Below are positions 20,738 through 31,883 of a stretch of DNA of 64,000 bases, one piece after another. The stretch covers positions 128,001-192,000 of the forward strand of contig JBBFKW010000005.1 of NCBI GenBank assembly GCA_037481835.1, read 5' to 3'. The notes under the pieces were generated by a model. The model did not search any database and had not been told where the DNA came from. It saw only the letters and a list, made by a program, of their open reading frames with translations. This stretch comes from Desulfosoma sp. Lineage in GTDB: Bacteria; Desulfobacterota; Syntrophobacteria; Syntrophobacterales; DSM-9756. The number at the start of each line of letters is the position of its first letter. The stretch's first letter is position 1. Made by a program: the position numbers and the translations under genes.

Positions 20738-21184
20738 ATGAGCGAGTTTGAACCCAGGATAGTGGCTTTTTGTTGCATGTTCTGAGCCTACACCGCAGCG
20801 GACCTGGCAGGTTCGATGAGGCTCAACTATCCGCCCAATGTGCGCATCGTCAATGTGCCGTGTACAGGCCGGGTGGACATGATCCATCTGCTCAAGGCCA
20901 TCGAAACGGGGGCGGACGGGGTGTATGTGGCCGGCTGCATGGAAGGCGAGTGCCATTTCCGCAACGGCAACATCAAGGCCAAGCGGCGGGTCATGGCGGT
21001 CAAGAAGATCCTGCAGGAGGTGGGGCTGGAGCCGGAGCGGGTGGAAATGTTCAACGTGTCGGCTTCCGACGGCCCTCGGTTTGCTGCTATCGCGCGGGAG
21101 ATGACGGAACGGATTCGGGCCCTCGGCCCCAGTCCCTTGCGGGACCCCGAGGCCTGTGCGGTATGGATGGAGGCGGCTCAGTAG
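20738..21184 (+). CDS. mvhD: Selenocysteine-containing MvhD (UGA at 20783-20785, codon 16)
   Basis: ATG 20738 reads MSEFEPRIVAFCCMF-UGA-AYTAADLAG in frame with track ORF 20816..21184; UGA aligns with Cys of the paralog (CCANC). Confidence 0.9.
20799..20815 (+). promoter_or_regulatory. Bacterial SECIS-like hairpin
   Basis: CGGACCT-GGC-AGGTTCG; G-containing loop begins 20 nt after the UGA. Confidence 0.7.
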
Positions 21185-21312
21185 GCCGAATTTTCGGGGC
21201 TCGGTGAGCGAGCGCGCAGTGGGGGGTGCGGACGAACGCGGCCCGCATCACGGGTGACGGACCAGTCCGAGGGTGCACGGCACTCGAGGACGCGCCAAGG
21301 GAGGAAGGATTT

Positions 21313-21984
21313 ATGGTTGTAGCCGAACGGAAACCCATCGAGGAAATCCTTGCGATGGTCGCCGACTTCAAAAAGGTTCTCCTGGTCGGCTGCAAGGGTT
21401 GCGTGACGGTCTGCTGTGCCGGGGGCACCAAGGAAGTGGGCATTTTGGGCTCCGCGCTCCGGATCGCCAGGAAGAAGCAAGGCAACCCCTTGGAGGTTGT
21501 CGAGCACACGCTGGAACGCCAGTGCGACCCCGAGTATGTGGATCAGTTGGCGCCCATGCTCAAGGAAAACGGCTTCGACGCGGTCCTGTCCATGGCCTGC
21601 AGCGTCGGCCCGCAGTTCATCGCCAAAAGGTACACCATTCCGGTCTACCCCATGCTCAACACGACCTTCATCGGCGGGGCCCTGGAACACGGCGTCTGGG
21701 CGGAATTTTGCCAGTCGTGCGGCAACTGCATCATCCACAACTTCGGCGGCCTGTGTCCCATCGCGCGCTGTTCCAAGAGCCTCATGAACGGTCCGTGTGG
21801 AGGCTCGGCCAACAAAAAATGCGAAGTCAGCCCGGAAATCGACTGTATCTGGCATTTGATTTACGACCGAATGGTGGAACTCGGGCAGTTGGATAAGCTT
21901 CGACCCGTCTTCCCCATCAAGGATTGGTCGACGAGCCGTGATGGTGGTCCCCGAAAGATCGTGAGGGAGGATTTGAAGCTATGA
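21313..21984 (+). CDS. metV: Methylene-THF reductase small subunit MetV
   Basis: GCKGCVTVC, ERQC, CQSCGNC, CPIARCSKSLMNGPCGG; ATGA-coupled to metF. Confidence 0.9.
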   Translation: MVVAERKPIEEILAMVADFKKVLLVGCKGCVTVCCAGGTKEVGILGSALRIARKKQGNPLEVVEHTLERQCDPEYVDQLAPMLKENGFDAVLSMACSVGPQFIAKRYTIPVYPMLNTTFIGGALEHGVWAEFCQSCGNCIIHNFGGLCPIARCSKSLMNGPCGGSANKKCEVSPEIDCIWHLIYDRMVELGQLDKLRPVFPIKDWSTSRDGGPRKIVREDLKL

Positions 21985-22907
21985 AAGCCGGAAGCAACCT
22001 GGAGAAGGTTTTTACCCAAGGGCATTTCGCAGTCACTGGCGAGTTGGGTCCTCCCCGCGGCGCATCCGTTGAGGTCATTGAAAAGAAGGCCGGTTATCTG
22101 CGCGGCGTGGTGGATTCCATCAACGTGACGGACAACCAAACCTCTGTGGTGCGCATGTCCAGCGTTGCCGTGTGCAAGCTTTTGGTGGACATGGGCCTGG
22201 AGCCCAACCTGCAGATGGTCTGCCGGGATCGCAACCGCATCGCCATGCAGAGCGATCTTCTGGGGGCTTATGCCTTGGGCATCCGCAACGTGTTGTGCCT
22301 GTCCGGGGACCATAACCGATTCGGGGATCACCCCCAGTCGAAAAACGTCTTCGATGTGGATTCCATGCAGCTCATCAGCATCGTGAAGAAACTTCGCGAT
22401 GAAGGCAAGATGCTGAGCGGCCAGGAATTGGAAGGGGTCCCCAAGTTTTTCATCGGGGCGGCGGCCAACCCCTTCGGCGACCCCTTTGAATTCCGGGTGA
22501 CGCGCCTGGCCAAGAAGATCGACGCCGGCGTGGACTTCATCCAGACCCAGTGCATCTACAACATGGAAAAATTCCGTAAATACATGCACATCGCCCACGA
22601 AGAGGGCCTCACCGAAAAGTGCTACATCATGGCGGGTATCACCCCGTTGAAATCCGTGGGCATGGCCCGGTACATGGCCAACTTTGTGCCCGGCTTGGAT
22701 GTGCCCGGTTACTACATCGAGCGGCTCAAAGGCGTGGACAAGAAGAAACAGGCGGACGAAGGGATCAAGATCGCCGTGGAACAGATCCAGGAAGTACGGG
22801 AAATTCCCGGTGTGAAGGGGATCCACCTCATGGCCATCGAATGGGAGCACAAGGTGCCCGAAATCCTTCAGGCGGCGGGGCTCCTGCCGAGACCGTCCGT
22901 CAACTGA
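21981..22907 (+). CDS. metF: Methylene-THF reductase
   Basis: GELGPPRG, NVTDNQ, CRDRNRIAMQSDL, LSGDH, FIQTQ, GIHLM. Confidence 0.94.
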   Translation: MKAGSNLEKVFTQGHFAVTGELGPPRGASVEVIEKKAGYLRGVVDSINVTDNQTSVVRMSSVAVCKLLVDMGLEPNLQMVCRDRNRIAMQSDLLGAYALGIRNVLCLSGDHNRFGDHPQSKNVFDVDSMQLISIVKKLRDEGKMLSGQELEGVPKFFIGAAANPFGDPFEFRVTRLAKKIDAGVDFIQTQCIYNMEKFRKYMHIAHEEGLTEKCYIMAGITPLKSVGMARYMANFVPGLDVPGYYIERLKGVDKKKQADEGIKIAVEQIQEVREIPGVKGIHLMAIEWEHKVPEILQAAGLLPRPSVN

Positions 22908-22930
22908 TCCGGCCCGATTCCGGGGGCCTG

Positions 22931-22968
22931 AAAAACGGGTGGGACGCTGGTCCCACCCGTTTTTGTTT
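22931..22968 (+). terminator. Intrinsic terminator after metF
   Basis: AAAAACGGGTGGGAC-GCTG-GTCCCACCCGTTTTT. Confidence 0.85.
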
Positions 22969-23161
22969 GCAGCCTTTCCCGAAGTACCCGGTGTCGGTGG
23001 TTTTCGGTGCGGGCATGAAAACGCCCTGGGGAAGAGGCGCCGCTTGCAGGTCCCATGCCTTGGCTTGGCGGGGGCGCAGTTGACAGGACGCCGTCCTGCC
23101 GAATAGGATACCTCGCCTTCCCGAGGGAAGGCGACGCCTGCTCACAAAAGGAGGATTCCCC

Positions 23162-23923
23162 ATGGGACTGACGGTGGCTTTCGGCGGAAAAGGCGGCACG
23201 GGGAAAACCACCCTGGCCGGCCTTTTGATTCGATATTTGATCGAAAAAGGCATGAAACCCGTTCTTGCGGTGGACGCCGATTCCAATGCGAACCTGAACG
23301 ACGTCTTGGGCGTGCCCCTGGCAGAAACCCTCTCGGATGCCCGGGAAATGATGAAAAAAGATGTGCCGACGGGCATGACCAAGGACATTTTCATGGAACT
23401 GAAGATGGAACAGGCCATGGTCGAAGGGGACGGCTTCGACCTCATTGCCATGGGCCAACCGGAAGGGCCCGGCTGCTATTGCGCGGCCAACAATCTGCTC
23501 AGCAGCCTTCTCGACCGCTTGATGAAAAACTACAACTACCTGGTCATCGACAACGAGGCCGGCATGGAACACTTCAGCCGCCTCACCCAAAAGGATGTGG
23601 ACGTGCTCGTGTTGGTGTCCGATCCCAGTCGGCGGGGGTTGACGGCCGCCTGCCGGATCGCCGAGCTGGTGGATTCCCTGCCCATGCGCGTGGGCCGAAA
23701 AGTCCTGGTGGTCAACCAGGTCCAGGAGCCGCCCGACCAGTGGCCTTCCGAGGTGGGCAAGATTTTTTCCAACGGAAACATTTACACCATGCCCGCCGAT
23801 CCGCTCTTGGCTCAATTCGATAGAGAAGGAAAGCCCACGAGCCGACTTCCGGAAGATTCCCAGATGGTCCGGGCCGCGTGGGCTTTGTTTGACAAGATCA
23901 TCCAAGAAGCCCAAAAATCTTGA
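23162..23923 (+). CDS. cooC: CooC/AcsF-type nickel-insertion ATPase
   Basis: GKGGTGKTT, DADSNANL, GPGCYC, DNEAGMEH. Confidence 0.9.
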   Translation: MGLTVAFGGKGGTGKTTLAGLLIRYLIEKGMKPVLAVDADSNANLNDVLGVPLAETLSDAREMMKKDVPTGMTKDIFMELKMEQAMVEGDGFDLIAMGQPEGPGCYCAANNLLSSLLDRLMKNYNYLVIDNEAGMEHFSRLTQKDVDVLVLVSDPSRRGLTAACRIAELVDSLPMRVGRKVLVVNQVQEPPDQWPSEVGKIFSNGNIYTMPADPLLAQFDREGKPTSRLPEDSQMVRAAWALFDKIIQEAQKS

Positions 23924-23958
23924 GGCTTCACGACGGGGCGCCGTAAAGGGGGGGAGCC

Positions 23959-24549
23959 ATGGTCGCCGTGCGACAAGCGTTGCTCAGCGTGACGGACAAA
24001 ACGGGCTTGGTGGAATTGGCACAGGGGCTGGTGCGCCATGGCGTGCGCCTCTTATCCACCGGGGGGACGGCCAAGGTGCTCATGCAAGCCGGGCTGCCCC
24101 TGCGGGAGGTTTCCGACTACACGGGCTTTCCGGAAATGCTGGACGGGCGGGTGAAAACCCTCCAGCCCAAAATCCACGGCGGGATCCTGGCCATGCGGGA
24201 TCGTCCCGAGCACATGGAAACCTTGGCGGCTCACGGCATCGAACCCATCGACATGGTGGTCGTGAACCTCTACGCCTTTGAAAAGACGGTGGCTGATCCG
24301 GGCTGTCGATTCGAAGACGCCATCGAAAACATCGATATCGGCGGCCCGGCGCTCATTCGGGCGGCGGCCAAAAACCATGCCCATGTGGTGGTGGTCACCG
24401 ACCCGCAGGACTATGAGCCGGTGCTCCGGGAAATGGATGACAACGCCGGCAGGGTCTCCGCGGAAACCCGTTTGCGTTTGGCCACCAAAGCTTTCTGCCT
24501 GACCCATCGATACGACGGGGCCGTTTGCCGTTATCTTGAAAGCCGATAG
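23959..24549 (+). CDS. purH: IMP cyclohydrolase (PurH N-terminal domain only)
   Basis: [32 protein letters not shown]; ends at 196 aa. Confidence 0.88.
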   Translation: MVAVRQALLSVTDKTGLVELAQGLVRHGVRLLSTGGTAKVLMQAGLPLREVSDYTGFPEMLDGRVKTLQPKIHGGILAMRDRPEHMETLAAHGIEPIDMVVVNLYAFEKTVADPGCRFEDAIENIDIGGPALIRAAAKNHAHVVVVTDPQDYEPVLREMDDNAGRVSAETRLRLATKAFCLTHRYDGAVCRYLESR

Positions 24550-24647
24550 GGCGTTTTCGAGGCTTTCGAAAGCTCCGAGGGCCGTGGCAAGTGGGGGACT
24601 TCCCCGCTTTTCTATTTGTGCTTTTTAAGCCTGTGGGAAAGGGGCGC

Positions 24648-25943
24648 ATGAAGGTACTCGTGGTGGGAAGCGGCGGCAGGGATCATGCCATTGCGTGGAA
24701 ATTCGCCCAAAGCGACCGGGTCAAAAAGGTTTACGTTGCCCATGGCAACGCGGGCATTTCGCAGACGGCCGAATGCGTGGATGCCCAAACGCCCGAGGCC
24801 ATCGTGGATTTTGCCGAAAAGGAGAGAATCGATTTGACCTTCGTAGGTCCGGAAAAACCCCTTTCGGCGGGGATCGTGGACCTTTTTGAAAGCCGCGGTC
24901 TGGCCATCATTGGACCCGATCGGCGGGCAAGCCGGCTGGAATCCAGCAAATGCGACACCAAAGTCATGCTCCGGAATCTGGGCATCCCCGTGCCGGACTT
25001 CGAAGTGTTTTCGGATCCCGACCGGGCGCGGGCCTATGTCCGATCCGTGGGCTATCCCGTGGTGGTCAAAGCCGACGGGCTTGCGGCGGGCAAAGGCTCC
25101 CTGGTCTGCGACGATGTCTCCGATGCGGAGGCCGCCATCCATGACATTATGGAAGCCAGGATTTTCGGGGATGCCGGATCCCGGGTGGACATCGAAAAGC
25201 GCCTATACGGCAGGGAACTGTCCTTCTTTTGTTTTGCCGACGGCTACAGCCTGGTGCCCATGGTGGCCGCCCAGGACTATAAGCGGGCTTGCGACGGCGA
25301 CCAGGGAAAAAACACCGGGGGCATGGGTTCCTACTCTCCCCATCCCTGGCTGGACGAGCCACTCGTGCGCACGATCATGGGCCGGGTTGCCGAACCGTTG
25401 GTTCGGGGCATTCGGGAAAAATACGGCATTCTTTACCGCGGCGTTTTGTACCTGGGCTTGATGCTCGTGCAGGAAGGCTCGGCGATCACGCCTTATGTGT
25501 TGGAGATCAACATTCGATTGGGCGACCCGGAGGCCCAGGTCATTCTGCCTCGGCTGGACACAGACTTGGTGGATGTGTGCGAAGCCATCCTGGCGGGGCG
25601 GCTCAAGGATGTGCCATTGCGCTGGGATCCTCGATATCGCCTGTGCCTCATTGCCGTGAGCGGCCGGACCAAAGGGAAAAAGGGCTGGTACAAGGGCTAT
25701 CCGGACCGGTACAAGATCGGGGTTCCCATCTACGGCTTGGAAGCCATAGACCCGGGGTGTTTGGTTTTCCACTCGGGAACGGGATGGGGGGATAGCGGGG
25801 GCTTGGTCACCACGGGAGGGCGGGTGTTCGGCATCGTGAGCACGGGGCAAACCCTCGAGGAGGCTCGAAGCATCGCCTACCGGGAAATGGAAAAGGTGAC
25901 ATTCGAAGGCATGTACTACAGGAAAGACATCGGCAGGGATTGA
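24648..25943 (+). CDS. purD: Phosphoribosylamine--glycine ligase
   Basis: GSGGRDHA, VKADGLAAGKG, NTGGMG, RLGDPE, GGRV, YRKDIG. Confidence 0.96.
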   Translation: MKVLVVGSGGRDHAIAWKFAQSDRVKKVYVAHGNAGISQTAECVDAQTPEAIVDFAEKERIDLTFVGPEKPLSAGIVDLFESRGLAIIGPDRRASRLESSKCDTKVMLRNLGIPVPDFEVFSDPDRARAYVRSVGYPVVVKADGLAAGKGSLVCDDVSDAEAAIHDIMEARIFGDAGSRVDIEKRLYGRELSFFCFADGYSLVPMVAAQDYKRACDGDQGKNTGGMGSYSPHPWLDEPLVRTIMGRVAEPLVRGIREKYGILYRGVLYLGLMLVQEGSAITPYVLEINIRLGDPEAQVILPRLDTDLVDVCEAILAGRLKDVPLRWDPRYRLCLIAVSGRTKGKKGWYKGYPDRYKIGVPIYGLEAIDPGCLVFHSGTGWGDSGGLVTTGGRVFGIVSTGQTLEEARSIAYREMEKVTFEGMYYRKDIGRD

Positions 25944-25997
25944 GAAAGCGCCGGTCGAACGGTGCACGACGTCCTGTGGGCGGGAAAGGGAGCGATC

Positions 25998-26522
25998 ATG
26001 GTGGAAAAACACCCCCTTGTGGGCGTTCTCATGGGGAGCGATTCCGATCTTCCGGTGATGGAAGGGGCTTTCGAGGTGCTTCGAAAATTTGAAATTCCCT
26101 TCGAGACGGCCGTGCTTTCGGCCCATCGCACACCGGATCATGCGGCTCGATACGCCGAGACGGCGGCCGGGCGGGGCTTGAAAGTCCTCATTGCGGCGGC
26201 GGGGTGGGCCGCCCACCTGGCAGGCTTTCTGGCTTCCAAGACAACCCTGCCCGTGATCGGGGTTCCTATTGATTCGTCACCGCTCAAGGGCATGGATGCC
26301 CTCTTGTCAACAGTGCAAATGCCCCCGGGGATTCCCGTGGCCACCATGGCCATCGGCAAAGGCGGCGCCCGAAATGCGGCCCTCTTTGCGGTCCAAATCC
26401 TGGCCCTGTCCAATGAGGCCTTATCGGAAGGGCTCCGACGGTACAAGGCCGATATGGCCTCGGACGTTCTCGCCAAGAATGAGAAGATCGAGGCGTCCGT
26501 GAGGGTCCGGGACCTGGCATGA
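25998..26522 (+). CDS. purE: N5-CAIR mutase
   Basis: [35 protein letters not shown]. Confidence 0.96.
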   Translation: MVEKHPLVGVLMGSDSDLPVMEGAFEVLRKFEIPFETAVLSAHRTPDHAARYAETAAGRGLKVLIAAAGWAAHLAGFLASKTTLPVIGVPIDSSPLKGMDALLSTVQMPPGIPVATMAIGKGGARNAALFAVQILALSNEALSEGLRRYKADMASDVLAKNEKIEASVRVRDLA

Positions 26523-27187
26523 AACCGCTTCGGCGATGGATCCCGCCGCTCGTTCCTGTCCCTCGGGATTTGGAAGAGCTGCTGCACCGAGGGGGCGTGA
26601 TCATTTACCCCACGGAAACCGTTTACGGGTTGGGGGGGAACCCCGAGATCCCCGGCGTCGTGGACAGGATCTACGAAATCAAAGGGCGTCCTTCGGGAAA
26701 GCCGCTTCCCCTGATTGCGGCCGATGTGGATGCCGTTCGAAAATGGACCGTGTGGCGAACCGATCCGCTGGATCGCCTTGCGGAAGCCTTCTGGCCGGGG
26801 CCGTTGACCCTCGTTTTGGAAGCTTCGCCCCGGGTGCCGAAAGCTGTGGCGTCGTCCGAGGGGACCGTGGCCGTCCGGGTGAGCTCCCATCCCGTGGCGG
26901 GGATGCTCGCCCGAGCGTGCGGCGGCTGGATTGTGGCCACCAGCGCCAATCTTTCCGGACAATCGCCGGTTTCCGACCCGGCGGCGATCCCCTCGGCTTT
27001 GCTGCACGCCGTCGACGGGCTTGTGGACGGCGGGCCCCTTGCTCCCTCTTCCCCGTCGACCCTGGTGGCCGTCCGGTTCCATCACGGGCGCGTTTCATGG
27101 GCTGTTCTTCGTGAAGGAGCGGTTTGTCGGGAAACCTTGTCCCTGTTTTTCGACCGCGGAAAGAACGCGGCAGCGGAGGAACTTTGA
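26519..27187 (+). CDS. tsaC: Threonylcarbamoyl-AMP synthase (YrdC/Sua5)
   Basis: [27 protein letters not shown]. Confidence 0.93.
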   Translation: MKPLRRWIPPLVPVPRDLEELLHRGGVIIYPTETVYGLGGNPEIPGVVDRIYEIKGRPSGKPLPLIAADVDAVRKWTVWRTDPLDRLAEAFWPGPLTLVLEASPRVPKAVASSEGTVAVRVSSHPVAGMLARACGGWIVATSANLSGQSPVSDPAAIPSALLHAVDGLVDGGPLAPSSPSTLVAVRFHHGRVSWAVLREGAVCRETLSLFFDRGKNAAAEEL

Positions 27188-29349
27188 TTTACTGGCTGGT
27201 TACGGCGGGGTTTTTCTTGACGGCTTTGGCCGCCGGCGGGCTGTGGAGTGCCCGAGCCTGGCGAAGGGATCTCAAGGGAGCGAGGCGTGTCGTCCTCACC
27301 GGCGGAGGCACGGGCGGCCACGTGAATCCCGCCTTGGCCATTGCCGAGGCCATTAAAAATCGGGAACCGGACACCCGGTTTCTCTACGTCGGGGTTGCCG
27401 GCAAGGCCGAAGCCGTCATCGTAAAGCGCGCGGGCCTGCCTTTGCGGTTCGTGTCGTCCCGGGGTCTTCCCGGATATCGACCGTCCCCGGCCTTGCTGCG
27501 TTTTTTGATCGCCTGGGCATGGGGGATCGTGCAGTCCGTGGCGATTTTGGTTCGGTTCAGGCCTCATTGGATCATCGCCACGGGAGGCTACGTGAGCGCT
27601 CCCATCGTGACGGCGGGCGTTGTGCTCAGAGCGCTCGGCATCGCCCCGGTGAAAATCTTCGTGCATGAACAGAACAGTGTCCCAGGCCAAATGAATCTCC
27701 TGCTGGGGCGCTACGCCCACCGGGTGCTCCTGACCTTTCCCCAAACCTTGGCCTACTTTCCCAAAAATGGGGTCGTCGTGGGCTATCCGGTGCGGGGTTC
27801 CATCCTGGAAATCCCTGCAGAGGAAGCCCGCCGGAGGCTGCCTTTTTCAATCCCGGAAGGCCGCAAAGTCGTCTTCGTCTTCGGCGGCTCCCAAGGGGCG
27901 AGAACCATCAACCGCGCCGTGGTGGAGGCGCTTTCCGTGTTGGCAAATTACCGGGACCGCCTTTTCCTCATTCACGGCATGGGCTTGGCGGCTTCGGAAG
28001 ACTACCACGCCGTGCAGGATACCGAAGCCTTGTTGAGGGCCCGCTACGGGGACGAGGTTCTGGCGTCTTTCCAGGATTTTTATTACCGGCAGGACTACTT
28101 TCACAACATTGCCGAAATCTACGCCGTGAGCGATCTTGTGGTGTGTCGAAGCGGCGCCGGCAGCCTCAACGAGCTGGCCCGGCTAGGAAAACCTTCTCTC
28201 TTGATCCCCAAGGCCAATCTCCCCGGCGACCATCAGGTCATGAACGCCAGGGCCATGAAGCAGGCCCGGGCCGCCGAGGTCCTTTTCGAAGACACGGTGG
28301 TGGAAGAAGGCAAGCTTCGCGACCGCATCGACGGGCTGCAGCTTGCGGAAAAGATTGTGGAGCTCCTCGCCGATGACGACAAGCGGGCCGAAATGTCACA
28401 GAAATGCCGCCAATTTTTCAGAAAACAAGCGACGGCGAGGATCTTGAGCGAGCTCTACGGAGACCGCAGTTTCGACAACGGCTGGACGGCCCACACCTTG
28501 GAATCCCTCCCGCCCCTCCTCACCAACACCCAGCTCTTGCGTCGCCTTCAAAAGGCGTATGAGGCCGATCCGAACCATTACGATCCGGAGCGGATAGCCG
28601 ACATCGCGGAAGATTTGGCCTATTACCGCTACCGAGCCGCCGCCCTTTTGGTCCATCCTGCGTGGTCCATGCGAAACCTCGGCGTGAAACTCATCGGCCT
28701 CACCCGGTACCACGAAAAGGCGTCCACTTTGATTCACATGCTTTTGGATCGCACGCCCGCCTCACGCCTGGAACGCCTTTTCGGCGGCGACTACCACCAG
28801 GTGGGCTTTATTCGCCGCAACGCCGTTTCGGCCCTGATGGTGATGAACCGCATGGAGTCTTCCGTGGAAGAAGCACTCATGGCGGCCATGGAAGATCCCT
28901 ACTACGAGGTCAGGGCCCAGGCATGCCGAGCGGTATCGCATTTCGGCCGGCATTTGGCCGGAAAGGAACGATGGCTGAAAATCCTCCTCAAGAAACTGGA
29001 GGACCACTGTTTTGAAGTCACCGTGGAAGCGGCTCGGGCGCTGGGAGAAATCGGCACGGACGGGCGCGCCTTGGAGGCGCTCTTGAACCTCGGCGAGGCG
29101 TTCCACTGGCAGGTACGCAATGCGGCCTTGCTGGGGGTGCGAAGACTCATGGAAAGGCAGGTCATATGGCCGAGCGAAGAGCTCTTAAGGCGGCTCAGCC
29201 GCTTTATCCTGAACGCCCCCGATTTCCGACCTCATTTCGTCATTCGCGAAAACTACAACGCCGTGATGCGACTGTGCCGGCATCCCGGGGGGGTGAGCCA
29301 GGAGGCCGAAAACGTCGAGGCCGGAGCCGTTGCGGGAAAACGCTCATGA
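27184..29349 (+). CDS. MurG-like glycosyltransferase with N-terminal TM anchor and C-terminal HEAT repeats
   Basis: TGGGTGGH, TGGYVS, HEQN, GGSQGA, RSGA, HQVMNA; then DPYYEVRAQAC, FEVTVEAARALG, WQVRNAAL repeats; TTG start overlapping the tsaC stop is inferred. Confidence 0.85.
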   Translation: MIYWLVTAGFFLTALAAGGLWSARAWRRDLKGARRVVLTGGGTGGHVNPALAIAEAIKNREPDTRFLYVGVAGKAEAVIVKRAGLPLRFVSSRGLPGYRPSPALLRFLIAWAWGIVQSVAILVRFRPHWIIATGGYVSAPIVTAGVVLRALGIAPVKIFVHEQNSVPGQMNLLLGRYAHRVLLTFPQTLAYFPKNGVVVGYPVRGSILEIPAEEARRRLPFSIPEGRKVVFVFGGSQGARTINRAVVEALSVLANYRDRLFLIHGMGLAASEDYHAVQDTEALLRARYGDEVLASFQDFYYRQDYFHNIAEIYAVSDLVVCRSGAGSLNELARLGKPSLLIPKANLPGDHQVMNARAMKQARAAEVLFEDTVVEEGKLRDRIDGLQLAEKIVELLADDDKRAEMSQKCRQFFRKQATARILSELYGDRSFDNGWTAHTLESLPPLLTNTQLLRRLQKAYEADPNHYDPERIADIAEDLAYYRYRAAALLVHPAWSMRNLGVKLIGLTRYHEKASTLIHMLLDRTPASRLERLFGGDYHQVGFIRRNAVSALMVMNRMESSVEEALMAAMEDPYYEVRAQACRAVSHFGRHLAGKERWLKILLKKLEDHCFEVTVEAARALGEIGTDGRALEALLNLGEAFHWQVRNAALLGVRRLMERQVIWPSEELLRRLSRFILNAPDFRPHFVIRENYNAVMRLCRHPGGVSQEAENVEAGAVAGKRS

Positions 29350-30452
29350 TTTACGAAATCGCCAACATCATTTTGGATTCGTGGCAGTTTTTTTCCTTTC
29401 TGCGCCTGATCAACTACCTGACCTTCAGGGCCATCGTGGCGGCGCTCACCGCCGCCGTTTTCATGTTCCTCTTCAGCCGCCGTTTCATCCTGTACGTGCA
29501 CCGGCGCGGTTTCCAGGACCAGCAGCGGGAAACGGGCCTTTCGACCCATGACAAGGGTGGCACGCCCACCATGGGCGGGATCCTCATCGTCGGCGCCGTT
29601 GTTTTTTCCATGGTCCTGTGGGGCAATTGGCGAAGCCCCTTCTTGCTCCTCCCCATGATTGCCATGCTCTGGCACGCTCTCATGGGCTTTTGGGACGACT
29701 ACAGGAAAATTCTTAAAAAGAGCGGAAACAGGGGGCTTTCGGAAAAGACCAAGCTGGCGTTACAGAGCCTTTTCAGCGCCGGATTTGCCTGGATCATGGT
29801 GGGTCCCTTGTCCCCCATGGGGCCGGAGATGGCCGTGCGGCTCTACGTGCCGTTCGTCAAGGTTCCCGTGGCGACCCTTCATCCCCTTGTCTACGCGGTC
29901 TTCATTTTTCTTTTCGTGATTTTCGTCTCCAACGCCGTCAACATCACCGACGGCTTGGACGGGTTGGCCATCACCCCCTCTTTGTTTGTCATGGGCGTGC
30001 TTGGGGTTTTTGCTTATGTGCAGGGCAACACCATCTATTCGGCCTACCTTTTCTATCCCTATCTCAAGGGCGCAGGGGAGCTTACCGTCTTCGGCGCGGC
30101 GTTCATCGGCGCCGGCTTAGGGTTCCTCTGGTATAACGCCTACCCGGCTCAAATTTTCATGGGCGACACGGGCTCCTTGGCCATTGGAGGGACCGTGGCA
30201 GTGGTGTCGGTTCTGCTGAAGCAGGAGTTTCTCTTCCCCATTCTGGGGGGGCTTTTCGTGGCCGAGGCTTTGAGCAGCCAAATTCAGGACAAAATCGGAG
30301 TGCGCTGGCTGGGACGCCGCCTTTTCTACCGCGCGCCCCTGCACCATAACTTGCAGCATCGAGGCATTGCGGAAACCAAGGTGGTCATCCGCCTGTGGAT
30401 CATCTCCGGCCTCTTGGCCCTCGTCGCCCTGGCCACCCTGAAAATTCGCTAG
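29346..30452 (+). CDS. mraY: Phospho-MurNAc-pentapeptide transferase
   Basis: TPTMGG, GFWDD, NAVNITDGLDGL, FMGDTGSL, APLHH; ATGA overlap. Confidence 0.93.
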   Translation: MIYEIANIILDSWQFFSFLRLINYLTFRAIVAALTAAVFMFLFSRRFILYVHRRGFQDQQRETGLSTHDKGGTPTMGGILIVGAVVFSMVLWGNWRSPFLLLPMIAMLWHALMGFWDDYRKILKKSGNRGLSEKTKLALQSLFSAGFAWIMVGPLSPMGPEMAVRLYVPFVKVPVATLHPLVYAVFIFLFVIFVSNAVNITDGLDGLAITPSLFVMGVLGVFAYVQGNTIYSAYLFYPYLKGAGELTVFGAAFIGAGLGFLWYNAYPAQIFMGDTGSLAIGGTVAVVSVLLKQEFLFPILGGLFVAEALSSQIQDKIGVRWLGRRLFYRAPLHHNLQHRGIAETKVVIRLWIISGLLALVALATLKIR

Positions 30453-30475
30453 CGCCCCTTTTCACCCGCGCGGTT

Positions 30476-31795
<1,320 letters not shown>

Positions 31796-31883
31796 TGTCT
31801 CTCCAACTCCGGATACAGTAATCTTCTAATGACATGAGCGACGAAGCCTTGTCGGTCGCCACTCTACCACAGCCGCTCGAGAA

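Noticed and set aside
20738..20815. mvhD as a nonsense pseudogene
   Set aside because: The stop is UGA at a conserved Cys position with a SECIS-like hairpin; Sec recoding fits better
21185..21312. SAM riboswitch before metV
   Set aside because: Small hairpins only; SAM-I core motifs not found
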